Shown: positions 18,715-28,825 of the stretch, one piece after another
Position numbering within the stretch: position 1 is the first letter of the stretch
Layout of the letters: every line of letters begins with the position of its first letter
The notes under the pieces: model-generated
The model's database searches: none
Seen by the model: only the letters and a program-made list of their open reading frames with translations
What the model was told of the DNA's origin: nothing
NCBI GenBank assembly: GCA_023129715.1
Contig: JAGMBO010000054.1
Coordinates: 38,291 to 102,290 of the forward strand
Origin: Candidatus Eiseniibacteriota bacterium
GTDB taxonomy: Bacteria > Eisenbacteria > RBG-16-71-46 > CAIMUX01 > WJJG01
Reading direction: 5' to 3'
Length of the DNA stretch: 64,000 bases
Made by a program: the position numbers and the translations under genes

Positions 18715-20396
18715 GCCGCCCCCCACCGGGAGCCCAGACGACCGAAGGGCAGCTCACCCGCTAGGGCGGGGCGTACGCTCCCGCCGAGGGGATCGATGAC
18801 CGTATCGCGCCCTGCCCCGCCATGGCACTCGGGATGATCGGCGTTGAAATGCAGGCCGCGCGACTCGGGCCGCGCGCGCGCCGCCGCGATGATCAGTTCG
18901 GCGAGCAGCGCAATGTTCCGCAGCTCGACGAGATCGCTGTCGAGAATGAAATCCCAGTAGTAGTGCTCGATGCTCTGGCGAAACTGCTGGACGTAGTGGG
19001 CCGCCAGACCGAGCCGATGGTCGTTGCGCACGATGCCGACGAAATCCCACATCATTGCGCGCACCATCTCCCAGTGCGCACCCACCAGAATCGACTCCTT
19101 GGCAACGCTGGCGCTTCCCGGGTCCCACGCGGGGATGTCCAGCCCACGCTGCCCGAAACGCTCCGCTTGCCGATCCTCCTCTCCCGCCGCGGTAGCCGCC
19201 TCGAGCGCGAAGACCGCCGACTCCACGAGAGAGTTGCTCGCCAAACGATTGGCGCCGTGCAACCCCGTGCAGGCGACCTCCCCGGCCGCATAGAGCCCGA
19301 CCAGATCGGTGCGCCCGCGTCCATCGGTGACCACACCGCCGCACATGTAGTGGGCCGCGGGAACGACCGGAACGGGCTCCGTGGTGATGTCGATGCCCAC
19401 CTTGAGACAGGTCGCATAGATGTTCGGGAAACGGCGCTGGATCAGTTCGGGCGCCAGCGGACTCAGGTCGAGCAGGACGTGCCGGTCACCGCGTCGCTTC
19501 ATCTCCTGATCGATCGCGCGGGCGACAACGTCCCGCGGCGCCAACTCGGCTTGCGGGTGATAGGCATCCATGAAGCGCTCGCCATCGATCGCCCGCACCA
19601 GCGCCCCCTCGCCGCGCACCGCCTCGCTGATCAGGAAGCGCTTCTCGCGCGGGTGGTAGAGACAGGTCGGATGAAACTGGACGAACTCCAGATTCGCCAG
19701 CCGCGCGCCCGCCCGATAGGCCATCGCCAGGCCGTCGCCGGTGGCGACGTCGGGGTTGCTCGTGTAGCGGTAGACCTTGCCGCACCCCCCGGTGGCGAGC
19801 ACCGTCGCCGGGGCGGCCAGCGCACTGATCTTCCCGGTGCGCGCGTCGATGACATAGGCCCCCAACACCCGCGTGCGCCCGGCCACGGCAACCTCGCCGG
19901 CCAGCTTGGAGGTCGTGATCAGATCGACGGCGCAGCAGTGTTCGATCAGCCGGATGCGCGGCTCGGCGCGCACCTGCTCGAGCAATGCCGCCTCGATCGC
20001 CCGCCCGGTGGCGTCCTCGGCATGCAGTACCCGGCGGCGCGAGTGTCCCCCTTCGCGGCCGAGGTCATAGGCTCCGCCCGCCTCCCGCCGGGCAAACTCG
20101 ACTCCGAGTCGCTCCAGCAGCTCGATCGCCCCAGGTGCTTTCCCCACGACGAATTCGACCACTCGGCGGTCGCAGAGGCCGCCCCCCGCCCGGACCGTGT
20201 CGTCCCGGTGGCGAGAGAGGGAGTCATCAGGGCCGGAGACGCTGGCGATCCCGCCTTGGGCCTCCCGGGTGCTGCTGGTCGCCCCCTCGCGCTTGGTGAC
20301 GACCGCCACTCGTCCGTAAGCTGCTACTTTCAAGGCAAATAGTAGCCCAGCCAGGCCTGAGCCGATCACGAGGAAGTCGTACCGGTCGATTCTCAC
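18711..20396 (-). CDS. nadB: L-aspartate oxidase
   Basis: IGSGLAGL, AQGGIA, REGGHSRRR, EFVQFHPT, PAAHYMCGG, GLHGANRLASNSL, ESRGLH. Confidence 0.95.
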   Translation of the reverse strand: MRIDRYDFLVIGSGLAGLLFALKVAAYGRVAVVTKREGATSSTREAQGGIASVSGPDDSLSRHRDDTVRAGGGLCDRRVVEFVVGKAPGAIELLERLGVEFARREAGGAYDLGREGGHSRRRVLHAEDATGRAIEAALLEQVRAEPRIRLIEHCCAVDLITTSKLAGEVAVAGRTRVLGAYVIDARTGKISALAAPATVLATGGCGKVYRYTSNPDVATGDGLAMAYRAGARLANLEFVQFHPTCLYHPREKRFLISEAVRGEGALVRAIDGERFMDAYHPQAELAPRDVVARAIDQEMKRRGDRHVLLDLSPLAPELIQRRFPNIYATCLKVGIDITTEPVPVVPAAHYMCGGVVTDGRGRTDLVGLYAAGEVACTGLHGANRLASNSLVESAVFALEAATAAGEEDRQAERFGQRGLDIPAWDPGSASVAKESILVGAHWEMVRAMMWDFVGIVRNDHRLGLAAHYVQQFRQSIEHYYWDFILDSDLVELRNIALLAELIIAAARARPESRGLHFNADHPECHGGAGRDTVIDPLGGSVRPALAGELPFGRLGSRWGAA

Positions 20397-20488
20397 CGCT
20401 TCCCCCGGAATGCAGAAGCTCTCGCTCGCTCGGGCGGATCCACCCCCGATCCCCCATCCTCGATCCATCATCTTTGGGGGTTCAGCGG

Positions 20489-20517
20489 AGTATAGGGAAG
20501 GCCGATAAGTCGAGCAA
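20489..20517 (-). promoter_or_regulatory. Putative sigma70 promoter for the nadB operon
   Basis: TTGCTC-N17-TATACT. Confidence 0.6.
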
Positions 20518-20580
20518 AGGGGCAAAACTGGCCTGTTCGGCCTCACCGGCCGACAGGTTCCCCTCGAGGGAGGTCATCTC

Positions 20581-21201
20581 ATGAACATGCCGCTTAGCAG
20601 AAGGTCCCTGGCGTTTCTTCTCGGGATCGGATTGGTGGCCGCAGTCCCGCTCGGCCTCGTGACCGGCTGTCAGGACGAAAACCAGCCGCGCTCGCGGGTC
20701 CGCATCGTCCAGATTATGGGCGCTGAGGACAGCGAGGATCTCGCCGGCTCCGTCTTCCAGTCCGACGTGCTCGATGCCGGGCAAGACGGCATCCCGGGCA
20801 CCGCCGATGACGGAGTCGTCGAGGATGAGCTGCTGGTGGCCGTCGAGAATCGGCCGAGTTCGACCAGTCTCGTCCTCGAGCCCGACGGCCCCTTCGGGTC
20901 GGTGGTGATCACGCACTACCGTGTCACCTTCGCCATCGCGGGTGAGCAGCTCGATCCCGTCGAGGGCGCGCTGCAACTCATCGTCCCGACCGGCTCCGAG
21001 CGCGTCGCGGGCATCGTCGCCGTCACCGCGCTCGCCAAGACCCAGCCGCCCCTGAGCACGCTGGCTGCGATCGGCGGGGAGCTCTTCGCAACCGCCACCC
21101 TGACGCTGACCGGCTACGAAGAGACCTCGGAAGACGAAGTCAGCGCCTCGGCATCCTTCCAGGTGCATTTCGCCGACTGGGCTGAAGAGGAAGACGACTA
21201 G
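20581..21201 (+). CDS. Hypothetical acidic beta-rich lipoprotein
   Basis: GGAGG RBS; signal peptide with lipobox LVTG-C; stop overlaps lpxK stop (CTAG). Confidence 0.8.
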   Translation: MNMPLSRRSLAFLLGIGLVAAVPLGLVTGCQDENQPRSRVRIVQIMGAEDSEDLAGSVFQSDVLDAGQDGIPGTADDGVVEDELLVAVENRPSSTSLVLEPDGPFGSVVITHYRVTFAIAGEQLDPVEGALQLIVPTGSERVAGIVAVTALAKTQPPLSTLAAIGGELFATATLTLTGYEETSEDEVSASASFQVHFADWAEEEDD

Positions 21202-22343
21202 GGCAGCGCGCGCCGCATGGCGGCCGCGACCACCTCTTCCCCGCGCGTCCACTCCAGGCGGGCCGGAATGACGTAGGTCGGTGGCAGGGTCGCGGCGAAT
21301 CGCTCCAGCTTCACGGCATCCTTTTCGGTGGTCAAGACGCCCACGAGCCGCTCGTGGGCCACCCGCGCCGCGAGCCGCTCGGCCTCGCGCGGTCCGAACG
21401 CCGCATGGTCCGCGGCCAGCACCCGCGCCTGGACAAGGATCCGTCGATCCGCCAGCTCTTCGAGGAAGCTCTCCGGACGCGCCAGGGCCGTCCACACGGC
21501 GTAGCGGCCTTGGCGAAGCGTATCCCATGCGCTTGACCGCCCGGTACGAAGCTCCCGCGGAAGCTCCCATCGATTGGCGCACCAGGCCCGCGGGAGCCCG
21601 GGCGCCACTTGATCGAGGAAGCGCTCCCACGCGCCGGGGTCGCTGCAGCGCTCCGCCCGATGCAGAACGACCAGATCGGCCCGCCGCAGACTGCTCCAGG
21701 GCTCGCGCAACATCCCCCGCGGCAATAGCCGCTCCTCACCTGGCGCCCGCGCGGCATCCAGACTGACCAACGAGAGATCCGCCCGCAGGCGGCGGTGCTG
21801 AAAGGAGCCGTCCAGTACGAGGCAGTCCGGCGCGAGACCCGCCGCGCGCGCAGCCGACAGGGCCTCCTCACGTCGACGGGCGACCGCCACCGGCACCCCC
21901 CGCGCCAGTCGGGCCAGCAGGATCGCCTCCTCTCCGACGCGCCGCCAGCCGACGCGTGGCGCCTCCTCGCCGGTGGTGACCAACACCGGGGCTCCACCCC
22001 CTTCGGGCGCCGCATAGCCGCGGGCCACGAGCAACGGATGGTAGCCCCATTCGGCGAGCCAGGTAGCCAGGAGGGCCGCCAGCGGCGTCTTGCCGCTTCC
22101 CCCCGCGCTCAGGCCACCGATCCCCAGGGTCCAGACGCCGGCGTGGCGCACCGGCAGCCATTCCCGATCATAGGCTCGATTGCGCGCCGCAACCCCCAGC
22201 CGGTAGAGCCCGGCGACCGGCGCCAGCAAGACATCCGCCAGCCGTGCGCCCCAGCCCGCGTCGCGGGCGCCCAGGCGCCGGTGCCAGCGGGTGAGCGCGT
22301 CTCGGTTCATCGATCTCTCATCCCTTGGCATCCCGTAGGCCAT
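21198..22343 (-). CDS. lpxK: Tetraacyldisaccharide 4'-kinase
   Basis: GGLSAGGSGKTP, ARGY, LDGSFQHRRL, LLPRGMLREP, TTEKDAVKL; alternative start 22310. Confidence 0.92.
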   Translation of the reverse strand: MAYGMPRDERSMNRDALTRWHRRLGARDAGWGARLADVLLAPVAGLYRLGVAARNRAYDREWLPVRHAGVWTLGIGGLSAGGSGKTPLAALLATWLAEWGYHPLLVARGYAAPEGGGAPVLVTTGEEAPRVGWRRVGEEAILLARLARGVPVAVARRREEALSAARAAGLAPDCLVLDGSFQHRRLRADLSLVSLDAARAPGEERLLPRGMLREPWSSLRRADLVVLHRAERCSDPGAWERFLDQVAPGLPRAWCANRWELPRELRTGRSSAWDTLRQGRYAVWTALARPESFLEELADRRILVQARVLAADHAAFGPREAERLAARVAHERLVGVLTTEKDAVKLERFAATLPPTYVIPARLEWTRGEEVVAAAMRRALP

Positions 22344-22354
22344 CTGATCGCCGG

Positions 22355-23704
22355 CTAGCGACCCTGACCTTGCCCACCGGGAAGCGGGCCCGGCTCGCCC
22401 CGGGCGCCTCCGGGCCCGGCCGGCGCAAGCGGGTATTCCCAGCGCTCCAACACCGCCAGCGTGCGCTCGAGCGCGCCGCCGAGCCGCCTGGCGGCCTCCA
22501 GCGCCCCGCCGGCGGCACGCCGACGCCCCTGCTCATCGCCGAGCAGTTGCCGGAGGCGGCGCCCCAGCTGCTCACCGTCGGCCACCTGGAAGCCCCCCCC
22601 GGCCGCTTGCAGCGCGGTCGCCACCTCGGCCACGGTCCCGGTCGAAGGACCGAAGAGCACCGGCAGGCCCCACTCGGCCGCCTCGAAGAGATTGTGTCCC
22701 CCGATCGCTGCGAGCGTCCCGCCGACAAAGGCGACGTCCCCCAGCGCGTAGTACTCAGGTAGCTCACCCATCGTGCCGACGACCAGAATCTCTGCCTGCC
22801 GCCCGTCACTTGCCGGCAGGAGCTCGCCGCGGCGCTCGGTCCGCTCCACCAGGGGAAGCAGTCCTTCCAGCTTGCGCAGCAGCCGCTCTCGCACGCGCCC
22901 CGGATGGCGCGGAGCAATCACGAAGAGCGTCGCCCCCGCCCCGCGGGCGCCCTCACGAATGGCGGTCACCACCGCGTCGATCTCCCCGCTGCGCACACTG
23001 CCGAAGATGGCCACGCGCTCCCAACCCCGCCGCTGCCGGCGGCGATCTTGCTCGCCCAACGGCCCCGCGGGTCGGTCGTACTTGATGTTCCCGGTCACCG
23101 CCACGCGCGCATCCGCCACCCCCAGGGCCCGCCAGCGGCGCCCGTCTTCCTCGCTCTGCGCCGCAACTCGCACGCCGTCGAGCAGCGGAGTCAGCGCGCG
23201 TCGAAATGCCCCCCAGCGACGCAGCCCCCCCTCGGTCAGCCGGGCACTGACGAAGGCGACCGGCAGACGGCGTTCGCGCGCGGCACGCAGGAGACCAGGC
23301 CAGATCTCGGTCTCGAGGAAGAGCAGTCCGCGCGGAGGGGCGCGGCGAAAGGCCCGCTCGACAAAGGGAGCAAAGTCCAGCGGCGCATGCCGCACCGCGA
23401 GCGCCCCGCGGGCAATCAGCTCCTCCTCCAGCGCGCGGGCCGCCGGCGTCACCACCGTGACCAGCGCCCGCTCACCGCGGCGCTCGAGGGAGCCCAGCAG
23501 ACCGCGCGCCGCGCGCGCCTCCCCCACGCTGGCGGCGTGGACCCAGAGAGCCCCACCGCCGGCTCCCAGGCCTTCCCACTCCCCCCACCGCTCGCGCATC
23601 TCCGCGCCATGGAGCCCCCGGCGCACCAGCCAGTAGGGCGCGCCCCCGACCAGCGCCGCACCCCAGGCGACCTGGTAGAGCCCCTCGGCGATCGAACGGC
23701 GCAC
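22355..23704 (-). CDS. waaA: Kdo transferase
   Basis: WVHAASVGE, APLD, ETEIWPG, TGNIKYD, APRHP, FVGGTL..GGHN..EAA. Confidence 0.93.
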   Translation of the reverse strand: MRRSIAEGLYQVAWGAALVGGAPYWLVRRGLHGAEMRERWGEWEGLGAGGGALWVHAASVGEARAARGLLGSLERRGERALVTVVTPAARALEEELIARGALAVRHAPLDFAPFVERAFRRAPPRGLLFLETEIWPGLLRAARERRLPVAFVSARLTEGGLRRWGAFRRALTPLLDGVRVAAQSEEDGRRWRALGVADARVAVTGNIKYDRPAGPLGEQDRRRQRRGWERVAIFGSVRSGEIDAVVTAIREGARGAGATLFVIAPRHPGRVRERLLRKLEGLLPLVERTERRGELLPASDGRQAEILVVGTMGELPEYYALGDVAFVGGTLAAIGGHNLFEAAEWGLPVLFGPSTGTVAEVATALQAAGGGFQVADGEQLGRRLRQLLGDEQGRRRAAGGALEAARRLGGALERTLAVLERWEYPLAPAGPGGARGEPGPLPGGQGQGR

Positions 23705-23707
23705 GCC

Positions 23708-24394
23708 TCAGCCCCCCCCCGCTGCCGAGTCGCGCCCCGCCCAGGCCCGCACAGCCTCCTCCGCCGCATGGGTGACTTCCATCAGGGCGGCGTTGACCCG
23801 CGGCGTCCACTCCGCCAACAGTGCATCGGTGGGGAGGTCGGGCGGGATCTCCAACGCCGGGCCGTAGACGATCACCGTGCGGGCGAAGGGCAAGGGGATC
23901 AGGAAACGATCCCAGGAGGAGAGCCGCCGGCATGGCCAGGCGGCCACCGCCATCGGCAGGACCGGGACGCGCGCCCGTTGGGCGACCAGGAGCAACCCCG
24001 CCTGGGCCGCATGCCGAGGACCGCGCGGACCATCCGGCGTGATCGCCAGCTCGGCGCCCTGGCGTCCCAGACGGACCATCTCGATCAGCGAACGGAATCC
24101 GCCTCGCGACGTCGAGCCGCGCACGGTGCGGAACCCCTTGCGGTGGATCACCTGGGTGATGTACTCGCCGTCCCGATTCTGGCTGACCAGGACGACGATG
24201 CCCTGGTTGCGCTTCAGGTAGACGAGCGGCAAGAGCTGTCCGTGCCAAAAGGCGTGGATGAAACCGCCCCGGGAACGGCAGGCGGCGAGGTGCTCACCCC
24301 CGAGCACGCGGGCGCGCCAGGTCGCTCCGAGGCCCCCCACCAGGGCGGATCCCCCCCGGCCGATCCAGCGCGCCTTGCGCTCCCAGGAATCCAC
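23708..24394 (-). CDS. DUF374 lysophospholipid acyltransferase family protein (LpxJ-like)
   Basis: AFWHG, LVSQNRDGE, VRGSTSRGG, ITPDGPRGP, SWDRFLIPLPF. Confidence 0.85.
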   Translation of the reverse strand: MDSWERKARWIGRGGSALVGGLGATWRARVLGGEHLAACRSRGGFIHAFWHGQLLPLVYLKRNQGIVVLVSQNRDGEYITQVIHRKGFRTVRGSTSRGGFRSLIEMVRLGRQGAELAITPDGPRGPRHAAQAGLLLVAQRARVPVLPMAVAAWPCRRLSSWDRFLIPLPFARTVIVYGPALEIPPDLPTDALLAEWTPRVNAALMEVTHAAEEAVRAWAGRDSAAGGG

Positions 24395-24433
24395 GCCCCC
24401 GCCTCCCCTGACCTCGTGCTCCCCGCTGCCCGT

Positions 24434-25654
24434 TCAGTCGTCTCTTCCGTCGCCCGACAGTGGCGCGGCGCACCCGCCCCGCTCCTCCCCACCGGCACCG
24501 AGATGCACGGCAACCCGCTCCGCCGCCCGCGCGTAGGCCCCCGGCGGCCCGAACCGCTCGCGCAATCCGTGCAGCGCGCGCCGCATCGCTCCCCGCCCCG
24601 CGGGGTCCCCGAGCAGTCGTTCGATCTCCGCGGCCACTCCCTCGGGGCTGCACGCCCCCTGGAGCAACTCGGGAACGATGCCCCGTCCGCTCGCCAGATT
24701 GGCCATCGCCACCCAGGGCACCCGCACCAACCGGCGAGCGAGCACCCAGGTCAGCGGGTGGACGCGATAGACCACGATCAGCGGCGTGCCGGTCAGCGCT
24801 GCCTCGAACGAGGCGGTGCCCGATGCCGCCACCGTGATGCCCGCCGCGCCCGCCAGTTCGAAGATAGGGGCATCGCTAAGCCGAATCCAGTCGTCGCGTA
24901 GCCAGGGGGCGTAGAAGCGCGCCGGCAGGGCGGGTGCCCGCCGGATCGTCCAGCGCAACCGGGGATGGTGCGGCCGTAGGCGCTCGGCGGCGGCGGCCAG
25001 GATGGGCATGTGGCGCCCCACCTCGCCCGCGCGACTCCCGGGCAGGAAGAGACCCGCGCTGACCTCGGCGGGAACCCCAGCGGGCGGTTCCGCCACGATC
25101 CTCCCGGCCCCCGCGCAGCTCGCCGCGGCGGCGCTGCGCTCGCGGATCGCGTCGACCAGCGGATGGCCGACGTAGTGCACCGGCACGCCGCGCTCGCGGA
25201 ACCAGGCCTCCTCAAACGGAAAGAGCACGAGTAGCTCGCGCAGATGCGCTTGGAGCGTCCGCACTCGCCCGGAACGCCACGCCCAGAGTTGCGGGGCAAT
25301 GAAGTAGACGACCGGCACGCCCCGGCGCGCGGCGCCCGCCAGCAGGCGGAGGTTGAAGTCGGGAGCGTCGATCGGCAGGAATAGATCGGGGGGCCGGTGG
25401 GCGAATTCCCGGCGGATGCGGCGCAACAGGCCCAGAATCCGCGGGAGGCGGGCGAACACCTCGAAAAGGCCAACCACGGCGAGATCCCGGTAGGAGGCGA
25501 GCAACTCCATCCCCGCCTCAGCCAGGGCCTCCCCCCCGATGCCATAGGCCTCGACCGCCAGGCCGCGCCCCCGCAGCGCCCGCAGGAGCCCCGCGCCATG
25601 GGCATCGCTGCTCGCCTCCCCGGCAACGATCAGCACTCGCACCCGGCGCATCAC
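24434..25654 (-). CDS. lpxB: Lipid-A-disaccharide synthase
   Basis: VAGEASSD, IDAPDFN, PQLWAWR, FPFE, VGHPL, LPGSR, SGTA, PELLQ. Confidence 0.95.
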   Translation of the reverse strand: MMRRVRVLIVAGEASSDAHGAGLLRALRGRGLAVEAYGIGGEALAEAGMELLASYRDLAVVGLFEVFARLPRILGLLRRIRREFAHRPPDLFLPIDAPDFNLRLLAGAARRGVPVVYFIAPQLWAWRSGRVRTLQAHLRELLVLFPFEEAWFRERGVPVHYVGHPLVDAIRERSAAAASCAGAGRIVAEPPAGVPAEVSAGLFLPGSRAGEVGRHMPILAAAAERLRPHHPRLRWTIRRAPALPARFYAPWLRDDWIRLSDAPIFELAGAAGITVAASGTASFEAALTGTPLIVVYRVHPLTWVLARRLVRVPWVAMANLASGRGIVPELLQGACSPEGVAAEIERLLGDPAGRGAMRRALHGLRERFGPPGAYARAAERVAVHLGAGGEERGGCAAPLSGDGRDD

Positions 25655-25663
25655 ACGGACCGC

Positions 25664-26713
25664 CTACTCGGTCCCATCGGGCCCACCGGTCCCCCGGGGC
25701 CCCCCAGCGGCATGCGCGGGACCGAGTCCCCCGCTGACGAGTCGTTCCCGGCTCTCCCGCACACGGTCGCGGATCTCCATCGCCGTCCGCAGCACCCGCA
25801 GCGCCTCGGGTCCGGTGACCCCCGCCGAGGGCCTTCCCGCCACCGCCGCCAGGAACGCCTGCCACTCCCCGGTCAGCGGATCGGGATCGGCGTGAGCCAG
25901 TTGTTCCTCGTCGACAGCGAACCGCCCGACCCCGGGGACCTCCAGGGCGCCATCCTCACGCGCCACGACGCGCACGCGCCGCGCCTTGCGCTGCATGAGA
26001 TCGAGGGAGTAGTAGGCCTGACGGGCGAAGAAACGGATCTTGCGCGCCTTCTCCTGAGAGATGCGGCTCGCGGTCAGGTCGGCCACCGTCCCGTTGGCGA
26101 ACCGCAGTCGCGCGGTGGCGATGTCCTCCCGCGGCGTCAGGACCGGAACACCGACGGCATCGATGCTTTCCACCTCAGCGGGAACCAGGTGCAGGAGCAG
26201 GTCGAGGTCATGGATCATCAAGTCGAGCACGATGTCGACATCGAGACTGCGCGGCACGAAGGGCGCCAGTCGCTCAGCCTCGACATAGGCCGGCACGCCG
26301 ATCTCCCCTTGCAACGCCTGGAAGATCGGATTGAAGCGTTCGACATGTCCGACCTGCAGTACCCGCCCAGCGGCCGCCGCCTGGGCGATCAGCTCCTCGG
26401 CCGCTGCCAGCGTCGCCGTCAGAGGCTTCTCGACCAGCACGTGGCACCCGGCCCCAATCGCCTCACCTGCCACCGTCGCGTGGGTCTCGGTCGGCGTGGC
26501 GACGACGACCGCGTCGACCTCCGCGAGGGCCACGCGCGCGTCGGTGGTCGCCCGCGCCCCGACTTGATCGGCCACCGCCGCCGCGCGCTCCCCATCGATG
26601 TCCACGATCCAGACCGGCTGCGTCTGCAGCAGACGGTGCAGCACCTGGGCATGGAAGCGCCCGAGGTGCCCGGCGCCGAGAACCGCAATTGCAGGAGTGG
26701 AGGTCACGGCCAT
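25664..26713 (-). CDS. Gfo/Idh/MocA oxidoreductase (GnnA-like)
   Basis: GAGHLGRFH, VEKP, VGHVERFNP, DLMIHDLD, LTASRIS; located between lpxA and lpxB. Confidence 0.85.
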   Translation of the reverse strand: MAVTSTPAIAVLGAGHLGRFHAQVLHRLLQTQPVWIVDIDGERAAAVADQVGARATTDARVALAEVDAVVVATPTETHATVAGEAIGAGCHVLVEKPLTATLAAAEELIAQAAAAGRVLQVGHVERFNPIFQALQGEIGVPAYVEAERLAPFVPRSLDVDIVLDLMIHDLDLLLHLVPAEVESIDAVGVPVLTPREDIATARLRFANGTVADLTASRISQEKARKIRFFARQAYYSLDLMQRKARRVRVVAREDGALEVPGVGRFAVDEEQLAHADPDPLTGEWQAFLAAVAGRPSAGVTGPEALRVLRTAMEIRDRVRESRERLVSGGLGPAHAAGGPRGTGGPDGTE

Positions 26714-26732
26714 CCCTTTTCGCCGGCGCCCC

Positions 26733-27506
26733 TCAGCGAGTCAGTCCGCGTTCGGAGCGCTCGGCGAAATCAGTGAAGAGCTCGATCTCGGGCAGGGGTT
26801 GGCATTCGTCACGGATCCTCCGCAGCGCCTCCTCCCTGACCAGGTTCGAGCGGAAAAAGATCCGGTAGAGCTTCTGCAGCTCGGCAATCGTCTCCTCGGA
26901 GAAACCACGCCGTCGGAGCCCGACGACATTGACCCCATGCACCGCCAGCGGATGCCCCGCCGCCATCACATAGGGCGCGACATCCTTGGGCACCCGGCAG
27001 CCGCCCCCGATAATCACGTGGGCCCCTACCTTGACGAATTGGTGCACCGGCGTAACGCCGCTGATGATCGCGTAGTCACCGACCTCGACATGGCCGGCGA
27101 GCGTGGCGCAGTTGCCGAGGATCACGTGGCTGCCGACAACACAGTTGTGGGCCACATGCGAGTAGGCCATGACCAAGTTCTGATCCCCGAGCAGGGTCGT
27201 CTCCCCCTCCTCGGTCGCCCGATGCACGGTGCAGAACTCGCGGAAGGTGTTGCCTGCCCCCACCCGCAAGGCCGAAGCCGCCCCACGGTACTTCAGATCC
27301 TGTGGATCTCCGCCCACCGCCGCGCCGTGATAGAAGCGGCACCCGGGTCCGAACTCCGCCGGGCCATCGATCCGCACCATCGACGCCAGCCGGCATCCAT
27401 CCCCCAAACGCACATGCGGGCCGATCAGGCAGTAGGGACCCACGGCGACATCGGCCCCCAGTTCAGCCTGCGGATCGACGATGGCGCTAGGGTGGATCGC
27501 GCTCAT
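26733..27506 (-). CDS. lpxA: UDP-GlcNAc acyltransferase
   Basis: IHPSAIVD, hexapeptide repeats, PQDLKY, HVAHNC, LAGHV, HQF, NVVGLRRRGF. Confidence 0.95.
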   Translation of the reverse strand: MSAIHPSAIVDPQAELGADVAVGPYCLIGPHVRLGDGCRLASMVRIDGPAEFGPGCRFYHGAAVGGDPQDLKYRGAASALRVGAGNTFREFCTVHRATEEGETTLLGDQNLVMAYSHVAHNCVVGSHVILGNCATLAGHVEVGDYAIISGVTPVHQFVKVGAHVIIGGGCRVPKDVAPYVMAAGHPLAVHGVNVVGLRRRGFSEETIAELQKLYRIFFRSNLVREEALRRIRDECQPLPEIELFTDFAERSERGLTR

Positions 27507-28825
27507 CGGACTGCCCCCTCCCGGTCGACGATGCTCGAGAGCAGCTCAGCCTCGGCCACGCGCTCCCCGTCCACGTAGGCGACGCCGGCCATCTTGCACG
27601 CCCGCCTCTTCAGTTTCACGAGCCGGAGGTCGAAGATGAGCTGATCTCCCGGGCGCACCGGTCGCCGGAACTTGGCATTGTCGATCCCCATGAAGTAGAC
27701 CAGCTTCGACTCTGGATGATCGACGGTGTTGAGCAGCAGCACGCCCCCGATCTGCGCCATTGCCTCGACGATCAACACCGCGGGCATGATCGGGTGGCCC
27801 GGAAAGTGCCCCATGAAGAAGGGCTCGTTGATCGTGACGTTCTTGAGTCCGACGACTCGCTCGCGCTCCTTCAAATACAGGATCCGATCGACAAGCAGGA
27901 AGGGATAGCGGTGCGGCATGATCCCCTGGATCGCCGCGATGTCCAAGTGGACCTGCTCGCGAAGCCCGCCTAACTCAGCCCTGCCACGGTGCTCACGCTC
28001 GAGCGCATGCACGAAGCCCACATTGTGGGAATGCCCACTGCGCAGAGCTCGCACCTGCCCCTGCAGGGGCCGGCCGATCAGGCAAAGGTCGCCCAACAGA
28101 TCGAGAATCTTGTGTCGCACGAACTCATCGGCGAAGCGCAACGGCTCCTCGTTCATGATCCCGTCATCCTCGACGACGATCGCGTTGGCGAGACTTCCCC
28201 CCTTGATCAGCCCCTGGGCACGCAGTCGCTCCACATCGCGGTGCAGCACGAAGGTCCGCGCCGGCGCGATCTCGCGCCGAAAGATCTCCGGCGTGATCTC
28301 GAGCGTGCAATGCTGGGTGCCGACAACCTTGTTCTCGAATTGAATCGTGAATCCAAGGCGCAGGCCATCCCCCGGCACGCCGATGATCTCGACGCCGTTG
28401 GCCTCGTAGACCACCGGGCGCCGGATGACGAACGGCTCTCGCTCGGCATCCTGCTCCACGATCCCCGCCTCAAGGAGCAAATCGGCAATCGGCGCCGCGC
28501 TGCCGTCGGTCGGCTCGGGCGCCTCGCGGCCGGTGATCTCGATGAACAAATTGTCGATCCCCAGACCGGTCACCGCCGCGAGCACGTGCTCCACGGTGTG
28601 GACCTCAGCCTCCCCCTGGCGCAGGACCGTGCGGCGCAACTCGGCCTGGTCGGTGACCGCGTGCTCGGCGCACACCTTGACCTGCGGCCGACCCGGCAGA
28701 TCGCTGCGCACGAAGCGCCAGCCCGTACCCACCACCGCCGGACGGAAGGTCAGCGTGTTCTCTTCACCGGTATGCAAACCGACCCCGGTAAACGAGACTG
28801 CCCGGCCGATCGTACATTGCTTCAC
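27503..28825 (-). CDS. lpxC: Bifunctional LpxC deacetylase / FabZ dehydratase
   Basis: [26 protein letters not shown] then [23 protein letters not shown] in one ORF. Confidence 0.95.
   Translation of the reverse strand: MKQCTIGRAVSFTGVGLHTGEENTLTFRPAVVGTGWRFVRSDLPGRPQVKVCAEHAVTDQAELRRTVLRQGEAEVHTVEHVLAAVTGLGIDNLFIEITGREAPEPTDGSAAPIADLLLEAGIVEQDAEREPFVIRRPVVYEANGVEIIGVPGDGLRLGFTIQFENKVVGTQHCTLEITPEIFRREIAPARTFVLHRDVERLRAQGLIKGGSLANAIVVEDDGIMNEEPLRFADEFVRHKILDLLGDLCLIGRPLQGQVRALRSGHSHNVGFVHALEREHRGRAELGGLREQVHLDIAAIQGIMPHRYPFLLVDRILYLKERERVVGLKNVTINEPFFMGHFPGHPIMPAVLIVEAMAQIGGVLLLNTVDHPESKLVYFMGIDNAKFRRPVRPGDQLIFDLRLVKLKRRACKMAGVAYVDGERVAEAELLSSIVDREGAVR

Noticed and set aside
27503-28825. lpxC-fabZ fusion as a novelty
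   Set aside because: Well known in Bacteroidota/FCB lineages; used only as a taxonomic hint
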